From: Tubulanus polymorphus
Lineage: Eukaryota > Animalia > Nemertea
Direction: 5' to 3'
DNA: 64,000 nt
NCBI RefSeq assembly: GCF_964204645.1
Contig: NC_134029.1
Location: forward strand, 3,100,001 to 3,164,000
A program made the translations under genes and the position numbers. This document shows positions 52,601 to 64,000 of the stretch, piece after piece. The stretch's first letter is position 1; every line of letters starts with the position of its first letter. Under the pieces are notes generated by a model. The model saw nothing but the letters and a program-made list of their open reading frames with translations, was not told the DNA's origin and did no database searches.

Positions 52601-55600
52601 CCGGATGATATTTCGGTGGTGATCGATCGCCGTGGAAACGTTTTCGATCGCCGGTATCTCGATTATCATCGTCATTGTTGTGTTTACGTTTCGGTATTTT
52701 TGGCATTGGTTTTATAATTGATTTATCGCCGAGCACCTGTTGCATTGTTTGGTCGTGTAACTGCTTCGACGACAGTAATTTCGACGACGAATCGTTCGAT
52801 TTCGATTCCGTCATTAGCGAATCTAGCGTTTCCCGTTCAACCGACGTGAAAGTCGGCGCTTGTATATTTTCGATTTGACTCGAGCATTCGCCGTCCTCGC
52901 GATCGCTGTCGCTTATATCCATATCGCTGCAGCTACGATCTGCTGTATCGTCTGTAACGACAGGTGCCGCAGCAGCAGCTGCTAGCGCCGTTTCTTTAAT
53001 CTCTTCCTCAAACTCTTCGACCTGCTCCGATTCCTCGATATCGTCCGCCGGTTTCGGCGTAATAATCTCATCATCGTCATCGTCGTCGTCGTCATCGTCA
53101 TCGGGTTGTTGTCCACTGCCTGGAATCCATTTTAATAACGATAAGTCTAAATGCACGACGATACTGGGTCGTCCATTCGCCTTATAACAAATACTATCCA
53201 AACTGACGGTCAGTTTATTATTATCATTATCCGGGGGTCGGGCTTTACGATGACCCGGTGACGTCTGATCGAAGTCTAATTTACGTACGGGTGATATATA
53301 CGGTTTACGGGGTGACGAATGAGTCCGACGCGACGACTCGCCGCGACGCTGCGGTAATGGAGATATCGCGCCTTGCGTCGAGCCTATAACGCTATCGAAT
53401 ACGTGACTAAGAGTTACTTCGGGATCGGGTTTGATTTTCGCCCGTTCGGTCGTCGGTTTCTTATCGCTATTATCGTTCGGCGATAAATTCTCCGTCGTTT
53501 TTCTGGATTTATTCGAAACGGGCGACGAACTGGCGTCGTATTTCGGCGTGGAAACTTTCGACTTTTTCGTCGGCGTTTTTTCGGGTGGCGTACCGACGAC
53601 GCGGTGGTGTTTACGAGACGGCGGAGATTGTTTAGTCGTTTGTTTGGGAGGAGTGTTTTTCGCAGCGACGCACGATTCAGTCGAGTCTGGTTTTAACGGC
53701 GCGATACGTTCGGGAACGTACATATCTTTAATGCTATGTATGAACATCTGATGCGTTTTGCTATCGTGACGTTGAACGTCATCGTCGCTGCTATCGCTGT
53801 CGCTGCTCAGGTAGGTTTTTAATTTGACTTTTTTCGAGCGTTTTTTCGTTTCTTTCTTCGGCGTCGAGTTCGACGATCGCGGTTTTTTACTCGATGCAGG
53901 AGATGATATGAACGTCGTGACTAGATTCGGCGGCGATTCACGCGACGACGGCGGTTCCGATTTAATCACCGCCTCCGATTTCTTCTTCTTATCGCTAACG
54001 TTATTATTATTATTATGGCACAAATTAAACGTCGTCGTACTGGGGGCAGCGTTGGGACTGATTTTCGAAACTTTAACGTCGCTCGTCTCGATCGAAGCGC
54101 AATCCGAAGCCGATATTTCGCCGTCGGATGAAGCGACATCGACTGAACTCGGACCCGATGCTCGGATGTTACTGGCGTCCGGTTCGCAATCGTCCGAATC
54201 AATGCGCGCGATGAACGCCTCGTTAACGGTGCTCTCCGGCACTTCTTGTTTCACGTGGTCTAAACCATTTGGTTTGATTATGTCCATCGGCGAGGGTAGA
54301 GTCTTACTGCCCGTATAATCCCATACATCGTCGGGAAAACTACTGGTCACCTGCGGTTCGCTGCTCTCTTTCACCGTACTGGTGACGTTATTACACTGAT
54401 CTGTCTGATTCGACGATGACCCGATGGTCGCCGCTGGTGCAGTCTCTTCGTTTATCTTACGGATCACGTTTTCCAAGTTCCACGGTGACTGTATGAAAAA
54501 AAAAATTGAAAATAACACATATAGCAGCCACAATGTGGATACAAGTGAATTTGATAATACAGTAAACCTTGCCTTACTCAGACTTATAACTAACTCGGAC
54601 AAAAATGAAATAATTTTTCTGATTTCCTTATTTTCAAACATTGACTATGAATTAGTCTCTGACTTATACACGGTTTCCCTTTATTCAAAAATAAACTACA
54701 AATTTGCAGTTACAATTTCAGTTACTGAAGGTAAACAGGAAGTTAACGTCAATGAATTAAATTCAATTTGTAGCTAATGATGTTTAAAAGGAAATAACGG
54801 GTGATTAGCTATCAACGTAGTTCAGACTCTGGTTGGTTCGGCTATCATCATGGTTCAGGCTTGGGTTTGTTCAGCTATCAACAGGGTAAGGCTCAGGTTA
54901 AGACTCGGGTTCAGACTTGTGTTTGTTCAGCGATGATCGTGGTTCAGACTTGGGTTCAATCACTTACATTATTTTTATCCTCTTTTTCATTTTCATCTTC
55001 ATCTTCAGAACGTTGTGGAGTATGAAGCTGTTGTTGGTCGTGGTTGTTGCCGTGGTGCGGAGTACCGGGCGCGCTCGTCTCTCCCTCACAACTCGATCCT
55101 GAATCGCTCTCCGAACCGCTGTCCGATGCATTGTTTGCTGATGATCGGCTGTAGCTACAATGAAAGGATATGAAAATATTACAAATTACGATACAAATTA
55201 TACTCCAAATAGGGCCATTCTAGTATTAACTAGTAAAAACGGTTTTCAGTATACAGATTTCTGTTTTAGATTATTGTAAATAGTATATGTATAAGTAAAT
55301 AACAGTCATCTTTTCATTTTTATATTTCGAATATTTGCCAAAAATTTCTTTTCGTTCCCTCCATACACGATCGAAAGAGTAATGAAATTATCTTATCTGG
55401 ACCCTCGGGTTCAATTATCTGACTAACTAGTTGAGTTAGCCCTGGTTGAAGTTAAAACTCTAGTCTATAAAACCAGTGCCAGCTTCATTAAGGAACTTAT
55501 GAAATGCCAAGAGGAAACTAATAAAATGAGATTTGTTTGAAGCGTAGTGATGTGCCATGTTTTGGTTTTAACAGGGCTTCAGTTTATGAGCGTTATTGCA

Positions 55601-58600
55601 CCGAACGACCTCTCTCGGGGCTATCTGCGCGCTGGTTTAATGAGATTGCGTAGTCTGGTAGTTTTATGGTATCGTTCATCGTAGTTTTCGCGTCAGTTTT
55701 CATTCATTCAGTTCATTTCAAACCTCTAGTTTGTAAATATAAACCCACAATGTCTGACTTACTCACACCGGTAGATAATATCCGAGATCACACAAGATTT
55801 TCTTGATCAGGGCCAAATTATCTCCGTTCCTTATCAGACCAGGGCCAACCATGCAAACAGGTACCAAATCGTCCTTGCCAGTTTGACTTGGGTCAAATTA
55901 TTTCGTGCAAATGTTAACTGATTCCGGAAGTGACTCACGTCGTTTAGTAACGTCGTTTAGTAACGAGTCAGTGATTCATGCGTAAACACGCTTGCTTATT
56001 TAACACAGGCTAAATTTGACTCAGGTCTGATCCGAGCCAGTTTGACCCCGGCTATCTCCATATGATCGTGGCTACTATTTGGCACCGGGAGAATGGACGT
56101 TACTAAAATAACGCGTTAACAATGACCACTTTCGGTAATAAAATGTTTTCAGGAGTCATCTCGCGTTGAGGGGAGATCAAAGTCAGCCTTCTACAATCAG
56201 CCGGACATTAAATAATGCGTCCAAACCACCGTCTGAATCTATACTTCAAAGCAAACTGATTAATAGATAATGTACATGTTCTTGCGCTCTGTCGAATACT
56301 TAAACGCATTCGCTGATAATCTGTTGCTGTCAGCAATTCTAATAGAGGTAAATGTGAAGGTAACACCCGAACGTGTCGTATAGATACATCAAAGCCTACA
56401 AAGTGTCCGACTGAAACATGATCGGAAATATCTGTACAGAAGGAAAACGAGAGGATTAATAAATGTTTCATCGCTGATAACATTTAATATATTCGGTAGT
56501 AACTCCGCTGTCTGGAGAGATCTACGAATTCCAGACAATAGCTGTCACTGTTCATTCAACCAACAGCTGATCTCCACTGGCCTTGACATCTTATGGTCAG
56601 CCAATAGACTTTTAAAGATGTATTATAGGTATAAGTTCGATAAGGCCATGCAAACTTAGGTATGAGTTGCTGATCATTTTGTTTTAACCAGTTTTTAAGT
56701 GGAAAAAAACAGCATACAAAAGTATGCGCAAAAATTGGCGACCCAGAAGCAACTTCCAAATCCACGTTATCAACTTGCGAATATATCGTTACTGAAATGA
56801 ATTGATTGTTGATCAGAGACAGTTTGCAATTTCCGGGTATAAACAAAAGATATATAAACTTGGAGCTAACTTTTTACCTTTAATCTAACAAAATAACTGG
56901 AATTTGTGTACAATGGCGCCATGACTATGTGGACAGTAAGTTAGTTCTCATGGCCTAACTGTTAATTGAGATATAAATGGTTTTTGTCGCATGGATGGAA
57001 GTGTAGGTGATAATCAGTATGAAGCCGAGGCTGGCACTCCTTGAAAACATGTCGTGTCACTAGATGTTTGAAATGTCAAGCTGCGAGACACTAGGAGCGC
57101 ACGAGCGTCTTTCTGTCTGTTGTCTGTAGCTACAAATAGACCGGCTCTCAATCCACTGTCGACTGAATTTGATGAGTTGAATTAAGTTCATGCCGGTAAC
57201 CGGAAATTGAAACCAAGTTCATTTCAACGGTAATAAACGTCTCATCGAAGATTATGAATGTCATTTGAACATTCGGATGGCTTTAGGAACATCACGCCTA
57301 CGAGCCTTCTGAACCATGTCGTGTCGTAATTCCATCAGATTAAGACAATCAGATTAACCAGTGTTAGTAATCCTAATGCAAACCTGTTGAACTCTTATTT
57401 AAGGAGTGTCAGAAGTGCATGGTAGGTGGGCCGGTAATTCACCAACTACCAACTACCACATCAGCCTCGGTGAGGTTTACATACTCAAAATAATAGCGAC
57501 CAAAATTAGCACCAAAAAAGTTTTCAAACGATAGACTGTTTGTTGTTGACGCCATCTAGTGGTACAGATGGAGGGAGATATCTCAAAAGCCGTCCAGAAT
57601 TCTATAAATAACGCATGTGGCATGAAACTAGACTTTCTGATTAAAAAATGGATAGACATACTAATTACATATTTATATCTAAACACAGCCACCAACTGCT
57701 GCATTCAGTAAGTTATACAAGTGAATGCCAATAAAAATCATTTCAGTAGACTGCATTTGCCTAGGCGCCGAATGTCTCATAGCGAGTCCTGCGGGACTTA
57801 ATGTTTATGATATTCCTACTTAAATCGAGATGCTGCTCAGTCTACTTACCGTTTATTCTGAGTCGATCTCTTCGCTTTAATACTGGGCTAAAAAATAAAA
57901 ACATACAAAATGCATTGAATAAAATTTCAGTTTTCAGACGAAAATCGGACGTTTAAAATTTTGAGAATGAAGTCGCTCGAATTTATTTCTCGCAAGACGA
58001 TCTTACGAAACTAAAACTCGAGGAATTAAAAATGTCATCGAACAATTAAAATCACACTTGACGAGGAATAAATTCGATTTGTTACCGGCTAACATCATCA
58101 TCGCCCGCTCCAGCACAATGCAGATGAAACCACAGGTTGCTATAGCAACAATAAGATTACTTCCTGGCATGTAGTGGATGTCATTGTCTGAGCCATTAAT
58201 TTATTATCTCCCCCCCACCCCCTGACGCCCCCATGAAAATTTGATGAACAAAAACAAATATTTGAAGATTACTGAAACAAAAGGTGAATGTGATTTGGCC
58301 AGGCTTCAGTCGATGGGGGCAAATTTTACCATCACCCAAAAGTGGAAATATCTTCGGGCCACGCAACTAACAAGTTTCAGATTATTTGCAGTCATTATGA
58401 TTTTCCGTACTATTTCCAGGGCCAACCAAATTTCCATAGCTACTTACTGACTAGCTACTAACTTTATGGAAACATATAGTAGGTCTACAGTACTTAAAAC
58501 CTTGATTGAAAATCATCATCCCAGACTACATTTCTAAGATTCAAAAGCTTCAGACATAAAACTTCAGTCCAAAGCCTTCAGAATATAATTATTAAACTCC

Positions 58601-60036
58601 ATAACTTCACCCCTAGTACACACTCTGAACAAGGCAGGCTCCAGCCACCTCGTTATAGCCTGGATCATAGAAGAATTTTTATCCTAATTACGATTAATCT
58701 AATAATAAACAACATGGTTTCCACAATTTACAAAGATGAATAAATACAACTGTAATGAAAACATGTTTATATTTGATAATTCATATCTAATGATCACCAT
58801 CCGAATGCGCTTGATGTGGCCCCTGAGAGGTTGTGACATCACGGCGACCTCAATCATCATTAATTCTCATTAATTATCATTCGAATATCATCATTTCATG
58901 GTTTATTACCAGGACATGTAAAAAGAACTGTACATTTCCGTTACGCGAGCGAGACAAGAAATGGTGAATTATTTGCGAGCGTTTGTTTCAGTCGAAATCG
59001 AAGGACAACATATTGAATAACGATGACTATTCTATAATTGAAGAAGCTTCAAACAGCTACGAAACGCGTTTAAAACCGAGATGACGAAATCGCGATCGAT
59101 TCTCTCCATAAAACAAAGCCATTAATAAATAATGAGAAAGACTTGGCAGTGTAAGTTTTAAACCTATCATCACACGCTAAATGAACGGTGTATTTCCATT
59201 AGTCATCAATAATGTTATCTAAACGGTGCACTGTACAATCAGTGCGATATACCGACAGCGAGCCGCCTTTAAATACCGGTACAAAATACTTCACCCATCG
59301 CCGCACGGCGTATTAAGGTAACTTCGTTTCGCGTAAACCTTCTTTTCTGATGTCAATTACGTTTATTTCATTCACGCGGCAATAAATCCACTTTATTCCG
59401 ACTTCAAACGCGCCTTCAACGAGGTTTATTGACATTATTTACAACCGCATCACGAACGAATTGTACAAATAGAAACATCTTAAGAATTCTGATCATCGTT
59501 TTTTTGACGAGACCCACCTGCCCGCTAACCCGCGAATTTTGACCTTGCATAAGAGTAATAAATTAGTTTATACTAAAGGCTGCAATCTCATGGAGACCTA
59601 GGTCAAGCAGGCGATTTGGTCAGCTAAATTTGGCCCACGTCAAACCGGTACAGACCAATTTCGCACTGACATGAATATTACGAAGGCTATAGAATGAGTT
59701 ACTTTTTTTCATGAAATAAATCTTTAATCATGAGACCATTTTTGTCTTAAAATTCGATAAATAATCTATTTTCAAAATCTTATGAAAAAAAAAACCGCAA
59801 TTCTATCAATGTTTCTCATCAGCGATGTTACCCAGCGGAAACCGATTCGAATGTTTTGTCTCATTTAACTTTGAAATTCAGTATAATCTGATATACCCGA
59901 AGGCACCATTAGTTGACAGCCACTCGTCGTCGCGAGAGGCTTCGAGCAATCGATATTCAGTTTCTGATTAATTACCTGGCTTTCTAAATCACTTTCATCG
60001 CTAGAGGAACTGACTATCAGGTCATTCTTTAATACT
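49671..60036 (-). CDS. AFF4: AF4/FMR2 family member (AFF4/lilliputian-like super elongation complex scaffold), 5'-partial, ~1106 aa in window
   Basis: In-phase exons: 60036-59976, 57887-57850, 55154-54968, 54488-52582, 52271-52019, 51872-51787, 51663-51600, 51019-50808, 50592-50499, 50258-50124, 50040-49866, 49780-49671. AFF hallmarks: VLKNDLIVSSSSDESD, PWNLENV, AF9/ENL-binding-type IVVHLDLSLLKWIP, C-terminal homology domain ADYYLIEAKKLKHQAD...YVEAVLSFIQCG...RIQSLLCLKLYKLK, STGTPSPMSPTPSPASVGSVGSQ, LVKYVRHGLHWL. Invertebrates typically have one AFF gene, so the symbol is family-level. Confidence 0.92.
51906..51958. repeat. 11-bp tandem repeat (GTGTGGAATCN), ~5 copies
   Basis: Intronic, directly visible. 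Confidence 0.8.
52418..52540. repeat. 27-28 bp tandem repeat (CCTGAAGCTACCCATCCCTGTGGCCRG), ~4.5 copies
   Basis: Units start at 52418, 52446, 52473, 52501 and 52528. Confidence 0.88.
57548..57562 (-). promoter_or_regulatory. CTCF-like motif in AFF intron
   Basis: Reverse complement CCACTAGATGGCGTC. Confidence 0.45.
58136..58149. promoter_or_regulatory. Perfect palindromic RFX X-box
   Basis: GTTGCTATAGCAAC. Confidence 0.5.
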
Positions 60037-60431
60037 CTGAAAAAAAGTGAGAAAAAAAAAACAGGTTATGTACGTGAAAAATTGCAACCAATAAACATTT
60101 TGTGAGGGATAACAAATCATATCAAATCAACATCCCTATTTCGAGATAAAAAATCCAACTGGTTTTCCCATTTCTAATGAAAGCCTCTCTGGTAGTGAAG
60201 ATCTTATTTTTAATAAACTGAGCCAGCCTCACATTATGAGGAATAACGACACATTGCCTGAGGAGAGGGCGGATAATAAGAATGACACCGTTAGATATCT
60301 AACACTACTCATGTTTTTGACAGGGCGCAAGCGTGTCGGCAATAACAAAAATATCATCAACCAATCAAATAAAAACGCGTAGGGAATTCATATAATATGA
60401 GCTGATAGTTTTCTGGTTCAGACACGATGCC

Positions 60432-60432
<1 letters not shown>

Positions 60433-60482
<50 letters not shown>
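60433..60482. repeat. (CTG)n trinucleotide repeat, ~16 units
   Basis: Intronic; one interruption. Confidence 0.95.
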
Positions 60483-61549
60483 GGTTATTAGCTGGGTATA
60501 AGCTCATGACAGACACTAGGCGAATTCTTTTGGCGAATCATTTGCCGTTAAATTCGCCTAAGATTAAGGAGACAAAGGTCGATTCATTTAGGCGAATTCG
60601 ATTTGAAGACTGATTTGCCAATCAAATGATCACGTCATTCACTATGTATTTCACTCAATATTGATGAGGTGAAATTTGGCAATCAATGAAATAAAATTTC
60701 GTTTGGCTCGCCGTGCAAAATTCAGCAAAAATCGATTCATGTTGTCCGTGACGGGTTCAATATTTTCCTCTTTCAGATCGTGCGCCGCTGTAGCGGATGA
60801 CACTGAAACTGAACTCACTCTTACTGAGCTGTTTCCAGTCGCTGCGCTTATTCTAGGATCAAGTGGTGGTCATCGGTACATGATCAGTCACAAGTGCGCT
60901 CACGTGGTAATAACAGGATGGAGATCGGGTTGCATTTCAACTGTCCACACGTAAGTCTGCGGTGATTGGAATATTAGTCGAGAGCTCGTGACCCAACCAG
61001 CCTGCACCCATCAACCGCGAACATACGCGAGACGATTTGTCCGGAGTCAAACCGGCCCACACCAGACCCGAATCAAATTTGGCCGGTGTTCACACGTTAA
61101 TCTCACACTCTAAAACGTTGCTGAGGTAAGCGAGGGGGGGTCGTCGAAATCGCTTGTCCGATGGCGGGTTAAGAACTGATCCGACAAATAAGTAAATCGA
61201 AATGTAACATGATAAATGCATTAAGAGGAATAATCGCAGATGACGAGCAGAAAATTGAGAAGAACAGAAACGAAATGTGCACAACTGGAAAACTGTATTA
61301 ATAATGTGAAGTGTGTTTTTCGGTTGAAGGCGTAAAAATTTTAACGGAAACTCGATGATTAGAAGGAAACATCAAAGTTCACTATACGCCGTATAATTAG
61401 TGAGCGCCTGCGCGTTTATAGGGGTTTTCATCCCGTCGTATTTCTCAGTATTAACTTTCTGATCAGACATCATCAAAAAACGCATGATGACATTTCAAAC
61501 AAAACATATTTTCCCCATTTTCCCATACGGTACGATGCCAAACTTTCTT

Positions 61550-61722
61550 ATGTTTAATCTCGCTTTACGTCAGTTGGTTTACCGAGACTAACTAACCCTT
61601 GGATCTCATGATGGGGCACAGGTGTTGCACGCACGTTGTAAGCAGCCAGCAGGGCTCGAACCCGCTCGTCACAAGGCGCTGATAGCCTTATCCCGCCAAA
61701 CTACTGAGTTCAGCCGACTTCA
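61550..61722 (-). mobile_element. tRNA-derived SINE
   Basis: On the minus strand: head GAAGTCGGCTGAACTCAGTAG, intact T-arm GCGGG-TTCGAGC-CCTGC (B box), imperfect acceptor stem, then a non-tRNA body ending CTGACGTAAAGCGAGATTAAACATAA. Confidence 0.65.
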
Positions 61723-62378
61723 GAGTTCAGAGAGTTTAGAATAATTCATGATACAAGGCCTATCATTCAAACAATAAAGCGAATTTCGCACACTGGATGA
61801 ACTTAGATAAAAAGTTTATGAGAATTGGGGCGGGCTAATGCGTTCCACGATCGCTCCCGCAGCATTTCCCAAAATGGCCGCAACGGTATAAAAACCGGCT
61901 ACCGGCGCAGTATCTGCCACCGACAACCAGTGTTCAACAATTTATGACCGCTCACGAGTGGGTGCAAAAACTCGCAGCTTACACTCACAGAATCACCTCA
62001 TAAAAACCAATCACACAAAAATCCAGTTACTTTCCCCATAAACGGCAACTTAGAAGTTTTTATCTTCTAAAAAGTAAGGGTGAAATTTCAAACTCCTTGC
62101 ATATACAGAATTTCTGATATGTTGACTGTCACGAGGTTCTGTTGTCGCAGCAATGAATACTGTGGGCGGCTGATTTTCTGGCCGATCAATTCATATACGA
62201 AATACGATATCAACCACTGAAATTCCTAAAGGGCGATTTTGTATAAATTATGAGCATCATCCGATAAAATGCCACACGAGACGACTGACTTGTCCCGCTG
62301 TTGAATACATTTCACAGTTTCGCTTTACATAATCCAGATTAAACCTGGGGGAAATACGTAAGCGAGAATAGAGAAAGA

Positions 62379-62446
62379 GAGTGAGAGGAGAGAGGGAGCG
62401 AGTGAGAGGAGAGAGGGAGCGAGTGAGAGGAGAGAGGGAGCGAGTG
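62379..62446. repeat. 21-bp purine-rich tandem repeat x3
   Basis: GAGTGAGAGGAGAGAGGGAGC. Confidence 0.9.
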
Positions 62447-62599
62447 CGTGCAGGGTAATCATGGAAATCCATTTCTTTACGCGTGAATACCAGTTTAGAC
62501 AAACGCTTAGCCGACAACTCACTCAGCTGAACAACATTCAGTAATTGACTTCCATTCGGGATCGGGCTGAAAAAATTAATTCACACTACACATGGGTTG

Positions 62600-62601
<2 letters not shown>

Positions 62602-62668
<67 letters not shown>
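62602..62668. repeat. (TA)n microsatellite
   Basis: Directly visible. Confidence 0.97.
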
Positions 62669-62671
<3 letters not shown>

Positions 62672-64000
62672 CCTGCCATCAAGCTGTTCAATCAAAAGTA
62701 TATTTACTATTCACTAACTATTCAATTTTCAATTGGTCCAGGAACACAGTTGTGACCTTTTTATATGCGCAGTTGTGCATCCTTGAATCTGAGTGTCAGA
62801 TCCCTATCAGTTTACAGCGAGCACCGACAAAAAACAATAGGGAGCAATTGAGGGAGTATTGAGGGCGCAAGAGGGGCATGGAAGGGGGAGTGAGAGGAAA
62901 GTGAAGGAAGCGTAACCCTCACCTAATCATTTCAAAAGCAGCCAAGAGATTGAAATGGTGGTAATGACTCGAGGGAATCAGTCGCTGCATCTCTTTGTTC
63001 GAGGTAAGTCCGTGTCATGTAACTCGTAACTCATTCTACCCGACGCACACACACACACACTCGTGATCACCTCTGTGATCGCCGAGATAAATACTTTAAT
63101 AGACCTACGTGGAAACTTGATACACCGGACAAATGAAACCGGCAAATTGTTCGGTATTTATGTAGCGAAAGAAAATACAAAGATACAGTAGATTGAGTGA
63201 CACCGATAACAGCCTGAATAAAGGACACCATTTATATCCTCGGATGAAAACCAGTGAAGTTGAAAAAAAAAATCCTTACAAATTAGTTTAAACAGCCTCA
63301 ACACCGAAACACGACTACGCAATATCAGACACCGTCGGTAAACATTGAAACGTTGTATGCCGAATGTTCGCGAATAAATCGGCCCCTCGAGAACTTACGA
63401 GCAGCTATAAACGACAAGACGCAGCGTAAAATAACCGAACACATAAATATAAACAGAGGGGGGGGGGCTGCAACAAATATCTTATATAAGCAACAAAAAC
63501 ATGTTTGATGTCGTAACCAAGCGGTTAGTTAGGGATGACAATATTTGCGGCGCTTCGTTTGACGGGAGCGAAATTCTGAGAAATCGACAGTAATCCGATG
63601 ATGTTTACGCGGCTGCGCACCTCTAGTCACGCACGGGCCAAAAAAAACTGAAACGGATGATGGTTCTAACCGCGCGAGCGAGGAGCGAGAGAAAGAGAGT
63701 AGTCTATACATGTAGTTCACGATACGCATCTATCATTCGCCGTATGTCACCAGGGAAATCCACTTCTGATCCAGATTGATGCAAACTCAGCCCGCGTACG
63801 ACAAAAGCGACGAAAAATAACCTGGCAATCAAATCTACATCATTTGATTGCATCACGACTGCGCACTAGTCATTCTGCCGCCTCACCAGTCGGCACCAGT
63901 CGGCACCGGTCGGCACTGGTCCGTACCGGTCTCGACGGGTTTCAACGTTCTCTTCGGTTGTAATAAACGCGGCGTCGAACTATTTACTATCATCCGCAGG

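Noticed and set aside
53431-54777. Plus-strand ORFs overlapping the large AFF exon (also antisense ORFs over ARMC6 and PHF14)
   Set aside because: Antisense shadows of biased coding sequence.
60433-60482. Poly-Q or poly-A coding tract of AFF
   Set aside because: No flanking splice sites or in-phase frame; treated as intronic.
60037-64000. Further upstream AFF exons (ALF / P-TEFb-binding region)
   Set aside because: No segment with AFF N-terminal motifs and correct phase was found; presumably beyond the window.

Overview
This is AT-rich eukaryotic genomic DNA with GT-AG spliceosomal introns. It is most likely from a bilaterian invertebrate, possibly a lophotrochozoan (inference from gene content, short introns, CTCF-type motifs and SINE style). 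I reconstructed five multi-exon genes by hand with consistent splice phases. (1) PDE2A-like cGMP-stimulated phosphodiesterase (+, 5' end off-window, 27 coding exons, 169-27422). (2) ARMC6 (-, 30109-32867). (3) PHF14 (+, 33855-41287), head-to-head with ARMC6. (4) LRRC59 (+, 42226-43908). (5) An AF4/FMR2-family gene (AFF4/lilliputian-like; -, 49671-60036, 5' end not found) with a probable ~5 kb 3' UTR. Introns carry micro/minisatellites, tRNA-derived SINEs and several MITE families. The best leads are: a ~320-aa basic PHF14 tail with ~11 tandem 8-aa GKTTPTG(T/A) units that resemble both Walker-A loops and histone tails; a TIR element with a 9-bp target duplication in both compact promoter regions; a possible third degenerate GAF-like unit in the PDE2 N-terminus; an in-frame candidate microexon in the AFF C-terminal domain; and RFX X-box and CTCF motifs. 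Homology calls rest on recalled vertebrate protein sequences, not on a database search. No prokaryotic system, CRISPR array or intact transposase was seen.
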